NCBI RefSeq assembly: GCF_009914755.1
Contig: NC_060935.1
Length of the DNA: 64,000 nucleotides
Reading direction: 5' to 3' (one strand)
Origin: the human T2T-CHM13v2.0 reference genome, Homo sapiens
Both the position numbers and the translations under genes were made by a program. The notes beneath the pieces were generated by a model, which was not told where the DNA came from, did not search any database, and saw only the letters and a program-made list of their open reading frames with translations. Shown here in pieces: positions 30,031 to 56,058 of this stretch (position 1 is its first letter; each line of letters begins with the position of its first letter).

Positions 30031-30076
30031 AATACAGTAAGTGCTTTGGGTCTTGCCTGTCTCTGGACTCTCAATT

Positions 30077-31079
<1,003 letters not shown>

Positions 31080-31362
31080 TATTCTGTGCCACTATTCTAT
31101 TTTGGCAGCTCTATATATGTTTTAAATGTAGTAGCATTCGATGTTTTACTACCTGCTTAAGAATTCCCTTCATTGCTTCACTTTTCAAATTATACTTAAT
31201 ATTTTCTTCTGTTTTTTCTGTTAGGTGAAGTTTAGAGATGCAAAACAATTGTTTGTGCTTTTGATTATCCGTTAATTTTAGAAGAATTGCCATCCAAACA
31301 TTATATAGTTTTCCAAAGCTAGGCATGTACTAATATAATTAGTGTCCCAATAATCCTATTAG

Positions 31363-31680
<318 letters not shown>

Positions 31681-31724
31681 ATGAATTCTTATTTTACAAA
31701 TGAGGAATCTAAGTTACCACAGTA

Positions 31725-32430
31725 CTACAGTTCGATATCACAGACGCCATGGGTTAAGAGGCACAGATTCCATTAATACTGCTCTCGCTTCAGATGACAG
31801 TCACAAGTTCAGTGGTCCCCAGGCCACCCATATACTTCTGACCAACTGAATACAAATTCAGAGGTTCCCACAACCTTCTCAGGTTTGATAACTTACTAGA
31901 ATCACTCATAAAACTCAGAAATACACTATATTTGTAATTACAGCTTAATTGTAAGTATACAAGTCAGGACCAGTCACATGAAAAGACCGTAGAGTAAGAC
32001 CTGGAAGGGTCCAGAATGCAGAGCTTTTGCGCCCTCTCCCTGTGGAATTAGGATGTGCTACCTTCCAGCACATAGATGTGTTCACCACCCAGGAAGCTCC
32101 ACTAAGCCTCAGTGTCCAGAGATTTTATTGGGATTTCCTTACATAGCATGATTGATGGACTCATTGGTGACATGATTAAACTAAATCTCTAGCCCCTCAA
32201 ATCTCCTCAGAAGAGGTCAAACGGATATCACCCCACTCACAGCTCAAACCCTCTAGTCTCATGTTTGGTCTTTCTGACATGACCAGCTCCCAACCTGAGT
32301 CATCTCACTGGCATTAATTTAGGTATGGTCCAAAGGGCTCATGAATAATGAGGACATTTCTATTGCTCAGGAAACCCAAGGATTTAGAATCTTTCTTTTC
32401 ACAATCAAGTGCAATTGTCAGTCAAATTCT
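31725..32430 (-). mobile_element. MER21-family LTR
   Basis: cttcagatg...ggtccccaggccaccc...acttctgaccaactg...ggttcccacaacc motifs. Confidence 0.7.
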
Positions 32431-32490
32431 TATAAAAAATGGGCACAAAAAGATTAATTACCTTTCCAAGGTCACATAGTAAATGATTGA

Positions 32491-32839
<349 letters not shown>

Positions 32840-32856
32840 GTACCTTTTTATTTGTT

Positions 32857-32966
32857 AAAAAAAAAAAACACGGAATGCTTCACAAATTTGTGTGTCATCC
32901 TTGCACAGGGGCCATGCTAATCTTCTCTGTAGTGTTCCAATTTTAGTATACGTGCTGCTGAAGCAC
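32857..32966 (-). pseudogene. U6 snRNA retropseudogene
   Basis: Antisense U6 (ACAGAGAAGATTAGCATGGCCCCTG core) with CpG decay, ~4-nt 5' deletion and T12 3' tract; no Pol III external promoter evident. Confidence 0.95.
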
Positions 32967-33654
32967 ATTATGCACTTTATAAGGACACACATACCAAGTG
33001 GTAGGTGCCCAAGCTTAATTTGTACAATCAACAGAGACAACCTAAGAAACACGCAGCCCTCAGGAAAGTGCTGTGATGACGCTGAAATCAGGCAATGTCC
33101 TCCCAAGCCAGGAAAAGATGAAACAAATGTGAGAGGCCAGTAAGAATCCGCAAGACTCAGAAAAAAGTGAAATAATGGCAATTTTTAATAAAATATTTGC
33201 TTTAAAATGGGCCCTAAAGGCCATTTTGAATACATTGAATACAGTGCTTTAACTCCAAGTCCCTATGCTGAAATATTTCAGAGTTCTCAGATATTTATAA
33301 AATATTTGCATGAAGTCTTTTAGACCAGTGGTTCTCAAATATCAATCCTTAGACCACTACCGAAACTTGATAAATTTTTCACCCCTTTATAACAGAATTA
33401 TAAAAATAAGAAAGATGTAATAATCATTCCATTAAGCTAAATATTCAATTAAAAGGGTTGTCCTTTTTTTCTCTCTCTCAGGGGGAAAAAAAAACAACAC
33501 TTTCTCGTTCGCTTTTGGAGCTTCCATACACAAGCTCTTTGGAAGTTATTGCCCTTTAGAGGTAAGAGGACGCCAAACATAGATGCAATTTTTTAAAATA
33601 TTAGCAAAAGAAAAAGCTGGCAACCATGCATTGTCTTTATTTATTTATTCGGGC

Positions 33655-34160
33655 TGTTAGATATAAGTTCTAAATTTCTCTTCAAAGAATCAATATGTCA
33701 GTATGTTCAATTCTTTGCCTTCTACTTTTAAACTTAACTTCCTCGTAAAGCAACCTTTTTCGATTATCTACTCCACCCTGACTCATTCCGATCACCTGCT
33801 CCACCCTGACTTATTCAGATTACCTGCTACCTGCTGCTCCCTGACTCATTCTCCGCCCTGCATAACCATTTTTTTTCCCCGCCAAACCACTCACCCCGTT
33901 ACTCTCTTTAAATTAACCAATCGGAATTAGTTTAGCCTGTGCGGTCTAACCCTAGCCAATAGGGGAAGGACACAGCAGCAGGGGCCACGTGCGACCGGGA
34001 TAAGAACCCCTTCCCATCCCTTGTCCAAGTGTGCGCTCACCATTGCTCTGTCTGTAAGGGCACACCCTTCTATAGAAGTACCTTGCCTTGCTGAGAATTA
34101 AAAGAAAATTTTATATTCGAGTGCTATTTCTTTTGCGGCACCGAAACTTTATATATAACA
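33655..34160 (+). mobile_element. LTR10F-like (HERV-I family) solo LTR
   Basis: TGTTAGATATAAG...ATATAACA, internal ctccaccctgactcatt repeats, CCAAT boxes, ATTAAA; TSD gggc/ggga. Confidence 0.88.
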
Positions 34161-34301
34161 GGGATTTTATTGGCTTTTTTGCTTGCTAGTTTGATAGTTC
34201 TCTCGTTTTGCTTAATAATTCATAAAAATCTTGATCCAGGTGAGGTGTGGAAAAAATTTAAAATGTTAAAATCTTGGGAGCCCTGCAATTCGGTTTGCAA
34301 G

Positions 34302-34334
34302 CTGCAGGTGCCCCTTTGTCCACCAGATGGCAGG
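34302..34334 (+). promoter_or_regulatory. Candidate CTCF site with upstream motif
   Basis: Core CCACCAGATGGCAG at 34320-34333 and TGCAG starting 17 bp upstream. Confidence 0.75.
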
Positions 34335-34702
34335 GCAGCTCTGCAGGTAACTTCTGGCGCCGTCTGCTGCTGCCTCCGCCTCTGCCTCTGCCCTGGGAAA
34401 GCAGCGCCAGTTCATCTTTCAAAGAATACGTCCCTTCTTGTCTTTAGGGTTTTTCCCCCAAAGAATATTTTCAGCAGAAGTATTTTACATCTCAGTCTAG
34501 AGATGAACTTCCCCAAGAGTGTTGTGTGTAGGCTTGCCGGTTTTTTTTTTAATTATTATTATTCACTATAAATCTTTATTAATAAAGATTTAACAAGGAC
34601 CTAACCCAGCAGTTCAGAGGTACAGAAAGTCAATGTGTGGAAAGAAGACGGAACTGATCGGAAATGTTTATTCCTCTCCTAAATCACCACTGACAACGAC
34701 AA

Positions 34703-34704
<2 letters not shown>

Positions 34705-34749
<45 letters not shown>
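34705..34749. repeat. (CA)n microsatellite
   Basis: About 22 CA units. Confidence 0.97.
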
Positions 34750-34750
<1 letters not shown>

Positions 34751-35452
34751 CTGACGCTCAGAATGCGTAGGGACAGAGACACAGGGAGCAGGACAGGAAG
34801 CAAAGGGTAGTTATATATGGCCGAGAGGAACATGGTTCCTTAGTAAGTCTGGAAAATACAGTATTGCCACTCAGGAAAAACAAAGAGGCGCGCCATACTG
34901 CCACCCAGTGGTGTGAACTGTTTCTTTCCAGACTTAATGCAAACAAAACCCTTCTTTTTATGCTTCTGATGGTGGCTGAGATCTTCCTCTCAAAGAACTA
35001 CATTACACAGTACTGCTTGCTCCTACCAGTACCTGACACGGGTGTCAGGCCCAACCACGTGCTCGGTGTATTCATAGACCTTAGTCACGGAAGCACAGTC
35101 TTGTCCGGATGCACAGCATGTGAGCACTTGCTCTCCAAACTTACCATCTTCCAGCTCCGGTTAATACAGCAGACCATTCATGCGTCTAGGAACCAAAGAA
35201 TTACCCTAGGGCCCTGCTATTATTTGGGCAAGAGACTCATAATGACCTTACTTGACTGGCTGCATAAAAAGTCCCAAATCTTCCTGCCATTCCTTTCTCG
35301 TCTTGGCCTCTGGGCCGGGAGCACAAAGCCTAGGAAAGGACCCAGGGACAGAAAAAGGAAATATCGAGGTACTGTTTTCCCCCTACCTCCTCAGCTTGGC
35401 CTAAGGAAATTTTCAGAGTAACTGAGCTAAGCTCCAGCATCCTCTTCTCTTC

Positions 35453-37711
<2,259 letters not shown>

Positions 37712-38127
37712 CCTTCCTCTTGTGTTTTTCTTCTGCTTCCCAGAGCACCTCTCTTCTAAACTGGGGAATTTGACAATCCTGAGTTCAAATTCAGATGAAC
37801 TCCCCCGATAGCTGGGTGACATTATACATGATGAGATTTCTTGACCTGATTTCTCATCTTTAACATGAAGATACTAGAACCTCACCAGTGCCTCTTGAGG
37901 GGCTTCATCCTCTCAAGTCTAATCTTTTCATAAAAAATACCCCCATACTTCCAAATTGCATGCTCCATTCCTGCATTCCAATCAAAACTCACTTTTCTTC
38001 AATACCAGGCTATGTCAGTTTTCAAGAAAGCTAGTTCATTGAATTAATTTACAGTAATATGAAAATGATTAATAACAGCATCTTCTTCCTAGGGTCATAT
38101 AATCCCATCACAATTGTAGAACTACCA

Positions 38128-38446
<319 letters not shown>

Positions 38447-39029
38447 TTAGAAGGGGGTGGCCCATACAGGTCATCTTGTTCCAATCCCATATTCTCCAGA
38501 TGACTCATCTGAAGCCTGAAGACACTAAGCAGATGGCCCGAGCCACAGAGGATTTCACAGAAGGGCCCGGATGAGAAGAGGACAGATGCAGGGTACTGAT
38601 CACTGCACTAGAATATGTGCAACCTTCCACGCTGCCTTGGGGATTCTATTCCTGCCTATTGTCCTTGGCTTCTTCCCCTTGTCCACTTCTGAACCCATAA
38701 GCACGAATTTCCTCTCCTCTCCCCATTCCTAATTATCCCCATCTCACGTGGGTGGCAGAAAGTCTTCACATTTTCCAGGCTTCATGGCTTAGAACTCCTT
38801 AGGGAATGGTACCAGTCTCTATATCCAGGATAAGTAGGTATGCAGTTATTTTGTAAGACCAGGACATTTGTGGAAGAGAGAAACCACGTGAGCAAAGGCA
38901 GGCAGGTGTGGAGTATGCACACCAGTGAATCTAAGACTGTGCAAACTGTATGAATAACAAATGAAAGGAAACAGAGCAGGCCTAAGTTTCAAGTGTGAGA
39001 ATGGCAAACAACCTGTTACCTATATCAAC

Positions 39030-43560
<4,531 letters not shown>

Positions 43561-43837
43561 GGCTGTTATCTAAGCACCAAGTGATATTGATATGCATTCA
43601 GGATGCAAATTACTGCCTTCCACTGCTCCCTTCATTTTCCTACCTATTCTTATAAATATTGTGCTGATCCTTGGAGGCCAGGCTCAAATATCCCTTCTGA
43701 GATGTCTTCTCTGAACTCCTCACCAGAGCCAATCTCTCCCTCTTCTGATCTTCCACAGCGTTGACTTGTGCCAACATTACAATATCTGTCCATCTTCTCC
43801 TCTAGACTTTTAGTGTCTTCTTAAAATAAAAGATACT

Positions 43838-44432
<595 letters not shown>

Positions 44433-44698
44433 TACTTTGTTTTAATCTTTCTTGACTTGCTCTCAGTCCTAGGCCTGGTGCTCAGAACATAGTAAACAGC
44501 TACGAATTCAATAGAATTACTAAAGCACTGGCCAGTTTTTTTGTTTTTGTTTTTGTTTTTGTTTTTAATGATAAAGGAAATCAGGACTTCTGGTTATAAC
44601 ATGGTCTAGAGTAAAGATGCATTTCCCTCTTTTCTTCTTGGAAATTATCCAAAGGTAACTAGAGAATGTGAAGTATTTTTAATAAAAGAAAACCTGAA

Positions 44699-45024
<326 letters not shown>

Positions 45025-45874
45025 TCAGTAAACAGGCTTGCAGCTGCTAATCTGTTGATTATGGAAACTTAACATTGAAAGAACCCACTCGAATACAACA
45101 TGGGGTTCTAAGGAAAACCTGCCTGAAACAGGGCACACTTCATCTTTCATATAGTTGGTATCAGAATACTTTATCTCATTCAAAGATGACTGGTAAGTAA
45201 AAAGAAGAAAGAAAAAGAAACCAATAGATGCTCTATTAAAGATACACTACAAAATAAGGAAAAAAAGAAATGGGAAAATAAATCACAGAAAACACTAAGG
45301 AGGGAAAAAAAATCCTATCCTCTTAACTCTTGGGTCAAAGAAGAAACTATAACTAAATTACAAAACACTTTAAAATAACAATAATGAAAATGTCACATAG
45401 GAGCAGAAGAAGATATTATTTATAAAAAATGAAAACAAGAATTAATAAATTATAAAATGGGGAAAAATTATAGAATTGATAAATAAACCTAAGACCTGGT
45501 TCTTTGAAAAACATCACCACCAAAAACATTTAGCTAACTTGATTTGTTTATTAAGTGAGCAACAAATATACAAAATTAGACATATCACTGGAGAAAAATC
45601 TTCACCCTTACAGAAGAAATTAAAGGTATCATAGAACTACTTTGCTCAAGACTATGCGTACAATTTTGGGAAACTGTATGAAATGGTTGACTTCCTGTGA
45701 AAAGATTAATTACCTAAATTAGCTTAATAACAAATGGGTCATTGAACAGATCAATTACCATTGAAGGAGTCAAAGTTTATTTTTTAAGTATGAACTCCAG
45801 ACCTAGAGGTTTGACAGAGGACTTCATCAAACATTTATGGAACTCAATGGATCCTATGTAAAAGTGGTATATCA

Positions 45875-46363
<489 letters not shown>

Positions 46364-48135
46364 TTAAACTATGGATATGTATTACTTTGCTAAAAATAAA
46401 AAGTAATTAAATGTTTTAAAGGGTTCATGTGAAACAGGACAGGTGATTGGGTTATCTGTTGGGCTGGGAGCCTAGTAAAACGCTTGGGGAGGTCAGATCC
46501 CCACTGTTTGAGATTACGCTGACTCGTTCGGAGTGTGAATGACTGCCCAGATTCCTACAGACACCCATTTGCCTAGATATTGATGGCACTGGGCTTTGCA
46601 ACCCTCCTGACAGCCCTAACGTGGTCTTCATTCTTCTGTCCTCCAGGTTCCCCACTTTGGCCAGGTTAACATGGTCTCTTTCTGCACTTGTTTCTCCTAC
46701 CCCTGGGTGTCTGAATCATGGATCTTTCTGAAATACCATCCATGCCCAAAACATTTTCCCCATACAGTTATCCTGTAACAGTATTCATAAACCACTTTAC
46801 CTAGGTGACTTCCATTTGTCTTCCTGTCTTATTGCACTTCTCAGCATCTTGAGGTTGCAAAAGTGAGTATCTCATCTGGGGCTGGATGCATTTCCGTTGT
46901 GAACAAAAATGGGATTTATCAGCAGATAAGAAAATGTAAATGGATGTTGTGTAGGCAAATAATATGGTCTGCAGTAGAGGGTAATGGAAGGAGCAGGAGA
47001 AATCCACCCTTTCTCCCAGAAGGACAATTCAAGGTTCATGTGCACTTAGATGTATGTGCTTGTGAAATAGTTAAATTATAAAGCAGTAAGGAGGCAGAAA
47101 TTAAAATGTCTAAGCACAGCTGTGGCAGAGGAATAGATATTTGAGAGTGAGACATAAGAAGCAATTGTGGGGTAAAGGGTTTATTGTCATAGGATGAAAA
47201 TCTCTCAGGAATTACTCAGCTGGGAAGTTGTTCTTTCTCTGCCAAAATTCAAACATTCTGAAAATCTCACTTCACAACCTCAGGGGGTATTCACATGAAG
47301 CTGGAACAAACCTATTTGCATCTATGCAGAGTATGCAATCAGAACAGAAACTGCTAGGGAAATGCAAATCCGGGGGTGAACTTGAACTTGAAGCAGTTTC
47401 AGGATAAAAAACCAAGAACCCTTTGCAATTAGTATGCCAGAAGTGATAATAAGAGGGAACTGGGTACTGCTGGAGCACATGGGAGATAATCAGAGAATGT
47501 CCACAAAAGGGGAGGTGGGAGCAGAAGACCTTAACTAGAATCAAAACAGGTTGTTTCCCAGTCATTCCTGACAAGAGTTTCACGAATGAAATGAGTATTT
47601 GTATAAATGAATGACAAGCAGGTATGGGCCAGAATCACTTCATGACTATTGCTGTGTCTAGTAATTGTTATTGAGCACATTCTATGGCCAAGATGAGAAT
47701 TGCTTGCTTTATTCTTACAGTAATTTTGCACTTAAATATTATTTTTCACCAATATGCAAAGAAAAAGAGTAACATTGAGAAAGGTTTAGAAACGTACCCA
47801 AACCCAATTCGGTAGTAAGTGGCAGATGCAGGTTTCTGACTAAAACCTGTACATCACCAAAGCCCAAGCATTTCCACTCTACCACAGAGCCATCTTTGGT
47901 CACTATGACACAAGCAAACTCTACTCATAATATTTTCTTATTTGCAGTTTGTTGAATACATTTTAACTGCTTAGTAAATTCAGTTCAATCTAGTCTTCAA
48001 CACTTTATCAAGTGATCATTTTACTTTTTAACTGAAAACACTCTAATGGCATAAGAACTTATTAGAGACCCTAAGTCAGATCCTAAAGAAGCTTATAGAC
48101 AGGTTTTGATTTGATGACTGACAGATATTATGCAT

Positions 48136-48798
<663 letters not shown>

Positions 48799-49470
48799 CC
48801 CATCATCGTGGTTACTAAGATCCTGACCAAAGTTTTGGTTGCTATGGCTCTTTGGGGACCTTGGGATGAGTTAAAATACCTTTCTATTAAGTCAGAAGAA
48901 TTATGATATTGTGTTGGTATGACTTTCTGTGCAAATTAGGTAAGATTTCCATTTCAGCCTGAATCACATAGTTTCCAAAAGATTTTACATTAACTCCCCA
49001 GTGCTCTCCCTAATGGTACCTCCTATCTCCATGGAAGGGGGAAGCCTTGAAGACCAAGTGATACCACCGGATAACAGTTCTTTGTTCTCATGAGAATCGG
49101 GCAAGATGAACAGACTGAGACAATTGTCTGTTGTTCTTAAGGAGAGTACTGGAAGGATCTGTGTGTGATTTTCCAAAAGAGAAGTTGCATATTTGCTACA
49201 AAGGAAAGAACATACTATGTTTTCAAATTTCCTGTGAAAAGGTCATCTTTGCCCAGAAATGATATTTATTTGTTTTCTGGATATTTTATTAAAGAATATA
49301 GAGAGAAAGTCTCTCAGTGTCCAAATGAGATTTTTAAAAAGCAAGTTGGGATGATATGGCCCTATAAAATTTGTTCCAAATTATGTAAGAGACTTATATT
49401 TAAATAATACAATTATCCTGCAACTTCTGCACTGAAAAAGACAATAAAAGAGGTTAGAACACTGTAAGGT

Positions 49471-49803
<333 letters not shown>

Positions 49804-49911
49804 TCATCTGCTTTCAAAGACTAAGTAAATTGAACTTATTCTGGAGTCCTGAACCACATGGATGATCAAAGACATTTGCCTTCAGAAACAAGGCAGAAAC
49901 CATGTATATAA

Positions 49912-50219
<308 letters not shown>

Positions 50220-50836
50220 AGAACTATTTCTTGACACTACATTTTGATGTCCTAACATTTTCAACTCATTAACAGTAAAATAATCAAATTATGATTTGGA
50301 CTAAACAAAGGAGGTGTCATGTTTTGGGAGACCCTAACACAAACCCATATAAGAAAGAGGCGGAAACAGAGGTACTCATTACTGTTTTGTCTAGGGGTCT
50401 TGTCTTGCCCTTTGTTCTTCCAAGATTTATGAAGTAACCAATAAATTAATTTTTTAAAAAACCTAGTTCCTCTACATTATTATAGGTGAAGCTGGTTATT
50501 TATTAAAAAACAAAAACTGGAGGGAAAAAAGTAATATATAGGGACAAAAAAGTACCTTGAAGAACAATAGAAAGTGTATAATGTAAATGTCCAGTCACGG
50601 ATATCCTTTTTTCTGGAGGAGCTCAGTAGTACACAGGGTCTGAAGGAAGGCGTGAAAGCTTTCTGCTCTGATGATTTATCAGGGTTCTTTATTAATTACT
50701 GGATATATTCTAAGTATTAATATTGCTCGATACTAACATAATGGCAATCAGAACCACAGAATATTAGAACCGCAAAGGTTCTCTCAGTCTAGTATTTTTC
50801 AAATTTTATTTAGCTATAAAGCTCATAATGTTTAAT

Positions 50837-50956
50837 AAAGGAAGGAAGGGAAGGAGGGAAAGAAGAAGAAAGGAAGGGAGGGAGGCAGGGAGGGAGGGCA
50901 GGAGGGATGGAGGGAGGGATGGAGGAAGGGAGGGAAGGAAAGAAAAAGAGAGAGAA
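50837..50956 (+). repeat. GA-rich (GGAA/GGGA) simple repeat
   Basis: Nearly pure purine tract. Confidence 0.92.
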
Positions 50957-51545
50957 GCTGCTACGTAATATGTAAAGCAGATAAAACAGGAGTAGCTTTG
51001 CCCAAAGAAATGAAGAGGAGGGCTTACTAGCTTCCACTTTCTTCTCCATAGAGTCCTTCAAAACTTCTAGATAATTCCTTAGTCTTCTAGAATACAGATT
51101 TTAAACCAGTCATTCTAGTCCAAACTTCTTTTACAGAGGAAAAAATTGGGGTCCCATTGGGGGAAATCATTGTGCAAAGCCATAGCTAGAATTTAAATCT
51201 TCCGTCATCAAATCCAAGACTTAGAGAAAGAAATTGTCCTCCTTCCAACAGCTGTGATGGAAAGATGAGCCCCAAAGATGTCTCTGCTGAGCTATGTTAG
51301 TTTCCTGATAGAAAACATGAAGTGAAATCCAAGCCTAGAAGCCATCAGGAAATTGATCTTCATAACAAGAAAATGAGCCTGAGAAAGTGTGGTTACACTT
51401 TGCTGACAGCTCCACGTGCTGTTGCCAGAGTGAGCTCCAGAACCAAAGTGGCAGTGGGCCCATCCACCTGCCTTGAGTGTAAGTCACATATGATGCTATC
51501 CACAGTTCAATCTAACACACCCTGCAATTACAGACAATTCTTCCA

Positions 51546-51844
51546 TTTTTTCTTTTTTTTTTTTTTTTTTTTGAGACAGAGTCTTGCTCTGTCGCCCAGG
51601 CTGAAGTACAGTGGCACGATCTCGGCTCACTGCAATCTCTGCCTCCTGTGTTCAAGCGATTCTCCTGCCTCAACCTCCCGAGTAGCTGGGATTACCACCA
51701 TGTCTGGTTAATTTTTGTATTTTTAGTAGAGACGGGGTTTCACCATATTGTCCAGGCTGGTCTCGAACTCCTGACCTCAGGTAATCCGCCCGCCTCAGCC
51801 TCCCAAAGTGCTAGGATTACAGGTGTGAGCCACCGCACCTGGCC
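51546..51844 (-). mobile_element. AluS
   Basis: Antisense Alu. Confidence 0.92.
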
Positions 51845-52271
51845 ACATTTTTCTTTCTTTCGAAGGAACAGTATTAGCCCATAAAAACATAAGCAGTGTT
51901 AGCACAGAAAAAATCATAGCTAGACTACTGGCCTCCTGTGCCTTGTTTTTATGTTTGAGAAACTCACAATGATACACCAAGCTTAGTCAAAATAGCTCCA
52001 CTGTGATTTGTTTAAAAGGAAAATGTTTGGAACTCAGCTGAAGACCATGGGAATGCATGGAAACTTGTGGAGGGGAACCACTGCAGGTTTGCAGGGAACG
52101 GGGTTGGTGGTGAACTCCACCTACCCATGGAACAAGAACTGCTTACAGTGGTCACACACCAAGTGCCCACTTAGAGCAAGACCCTCTAAAGCACTTTACA
52201 TTGAGTGTTTCTAATGGTCACTACACACCCCCAATATGAAGGGTGTATTGTTATCCTCATTTTTCATATTA

Positions 52272-52585
<314 letters not shown>

Positions 52586-54044
52586 TTAGAGAAGATTAGC
52601 AACCCAGCCAAGTTTATTTACAAGTAAGCTGGAAAACCAGCATTCATTCACTGAACAAATGTGGAGTCAGCACCTACAGCATAGTAGGTGCCGGAGAGTC
52701 AGTGGAGAATGAACGAGAACAGCAATATCCACACTCATGGGGCTTATAGCCCAGGAAGGACACAGAGAAGGGAACAGCCACACTGGAGTTTGGGAAGCGC
52801 TGTGCTGGTGGAGGCACAGTGTCTGTGAGTCATAGGGGAACAACCAACCCAGACATGGGGGTTGTCTGCTTGGCTTCACAGCCTCCCATTCTTATTGACA
52901 CTGAACCTTTCAGGAAGAAAGCCAGTGTGACCTCAGATAATCTCCCCAGAGCACCTAATAACCTTCTCTCTGAGCCTCTCTGCAGAAGAGCTTCAAGTTC
53001 AAGTTGTATAAGCCTTCAAGTAGAAAGAAGCAATTTTGTCTCTAGGTTTGGGCAACACAAGTACCTGGGGAAGGGCATAGTTAAGCACACTGAATGCTTA
53101 AACTTTTATTTGTCTACTAATAAGTTGATAAATTGCACCTGGCATATAAATTTCACTTGGGGAACTCATGCAATGTGGCAGAAGGATTCCCTTCTCTTAA
53201 TTACAAAGAATGAGTCCTCCAGCACAGAAACATCCCCCAGGAGATGCCCACAGTGTAGCAATGGATATTTTTACCTCTCCACACCCACATTCCACCATAT
53301 TTCTCAGGGATGCTGTTCCCCTCCTGATCCCTCCCACCACCTTCTATGGCATCACATGTCCTTTAGCTGTGAAGGCAAATGCACCCTTTTACAACAAACC
53401 CCTGTGAAGTTCTCCCCTTCCTTTTTCCCTCCCTAAGTTTCCCCCCATGACCCCCTCCTCTTTTATGTCTTCCCTAATCCTAACCACCTTCCTCATTCTG
53501 CTTTCCCTGGCTTGTACTTTTTGTAGCTTTTTTTTTTTTTTCTGTTTTTCATCATCTTCAATAAAATCAATCCAAAGGGGAGGTAAAAGACAGGCTGAAG
53601 ATACCATTCTGCTTCGCTTATGAACAAGGGGCCTGTCTTCCGTCTCAATGAATCACAAACTTGCTGCACACTGAAATCACCTTGATCTTTAGGAAACCCT
53701 GGTCCTGACTCCCACCCCAGACTTTCTGGTCTGATGGGAAGGGGTGCAGCCCGGACATCAGGAATTCGAAAAGGTCCCAGGGTGATTCTAATGTGCACCA
53801 AATCTGGGGGGCTGCTATGCAGTTCTGCTTCTCACATGGGCACCCACATTAGATGTGGCCTTCTGAATGGCAGACCTGGGCATTTGGGGTCAATGGAGGT
53901 CCATTTTTAAGATTCACAGCCAGGCTGATCCCTTCAGAACAGAGCCCTTGTCCCTTTTGCCAGTCTCTAATTCAGACTGTCATCCTGCAGAGAATATAAA
54001 AACAAGCACGGTTAAGTAAAAGCTAGAAAGAGCCCTGAGCTGCT

Positions 54045-54076
<32 letters not shown>

Positions 54077-54335
54077 GACCTTAACTAATGATTACATTAG
54101 TCTGTCAAGCACAATCTTGAAGCCAATTTATTATATATACAGGAGATGTCAACTTCAGTCAAAACTCTATCATTCTCTGTAACAGCTCCTCTTCTGGAAG
54201 GCAGAAGTGGAATCTATACTCTAAAAGTGATCTAGCTGGAGCCCAGGAAGGTGGAAGCCTTGTCCTAGGGTCATACGGTCAGTTTATGGTGGACCCAAAC
54301 CAAGGAGAATTCAGGTGATCTATGAAAATGGTCAG

Positions 54336-54715
54336 AGCCAAGCATGGTGGTTCATACCTATAATCCCAGAACTTTGAAAGCCCAAGGCGGGAGGAGTTTG
54401 AGACCAGCCTGGGCAACATGATGAGATGCCGTCTCTACAAAAAAATAAAATAAACAAAAACTAGCTGGGCCTAGTGGCATGTGTCTGTAGTCCTAGCTAC
54501 TCAGGAGACTGAGGCAGGAGGATCACTTGAGCCTGGGAGGTCAAGGTTGCAGTGAGCTATGATTGTGTCACTGTACTCCAGCCTGGGTGACATAGCAAGA
54601 CCTGGTCTCAAAAAAAAAAAGAAAGAGAGAAAAAAGAAAAAAGAAGGAAGGAAGGAAGGAAGGAAAGAGGCAGGGAGGAAGGGAAGGCAGGCAGGCAGGA
54701 AGGAAGGAAGAAAAG
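54336..54715 (+). mobile_element. AluJ with GGAA/GGCA-expanded tail
   Basis: J diagnostics; purine microsatellite 54620-54715. Confidence 0.88.
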
Positions 54716-55713
54716 GACTTAGGCAAATCAAAATTGACATCAAATTCTACTGACATTATTAGTATCATATTAATAAATCACTACTATCACTAATTTTACA
54801 GTCATAACTTCATTTGGCTCTAATACTACCCATAAACAAGAAAATGATGATGACTTCTAGATTCTAGACAGCATCTCTCCATGCTTGTATTAACCTCCTC
54901 CATCTCTACCATGGTCCCTGGAGTATCTGACTGGGTTTCCTGATGATGATACCACAAGCTTTTTGCTGAAAAGTGATGTATTAGCCTGAGTGATTGGGTG
55001 GTCCTTGAGAACAGCCACAAGAGTATGCAAGGTCATTTGGTTTCAAGCACAGTCAGCTGCCCAGAGAGAAAAAAGCTTGTGCTGCATTATCGCAAGTTCC
55101 TAAACAGTGATTGACAACCTGGTGTAGAGAAAGGCGCTGGGTCAGGGATCCCAAGCCATGAGTCCCTGTCCTGGCTCTCTACTGACAGGCAGGGTGGTCT
55201 CAGACAGCCACACTGTTCCCATCTGGAAAAAAAGGACCTTGGGCTGAACCATGTTGAAAGGCCCTTCCAGCTCTCAGATCATGGATTTCATGATCTGACT
55301 CACAGAACAGCAATGCAAGAAGCTGCAGAGCCAGGCACACATGGAAATTTGCAGCTCCCTGGAGTTCCGTAACCTTAACTGAATAAGCTTCTTGGAGTGA
55401 ACTCGAAGTTGTGGGAATTATATGCCTCTTTTGATGACAGAGAAATCTATGTGTGAGCAGACAGGTAGCGTAATTATAGAGAAACCAAAGGTTAAGATTT
55501 TCTAAGACATTTCACATTTTAACTGTTTAGTCATCTCCATAAACACATTTGAGTTGTGCAATGGTAGTCCCTGATAATTAGACAAGAGAGCACAGTCCTA
55601 TTGACATAAATCTTTTAGACCTTTACCAAACACCAGATTCTGCAATTCATCCTTGGCTTCCAACAGAACAATATGCACAGTTCTTGTTCTTTGGTTTTAT
55701 TCTGGAAAGGTAA

Positions 55714-56058
<345 letters not shown>

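Noticed and set aside
34864-35421. 185-aa ORF in unique sequence
   Set aside because: TTG start, no recognisable domain, composition like random sequence; conservation data would be needed.
52819-53436. 205-aa ORF in unique sequence
   Set aside because: GTG start, no motif or exon evidence; a length like this can arise by chance in 64 kb x 6 frames.
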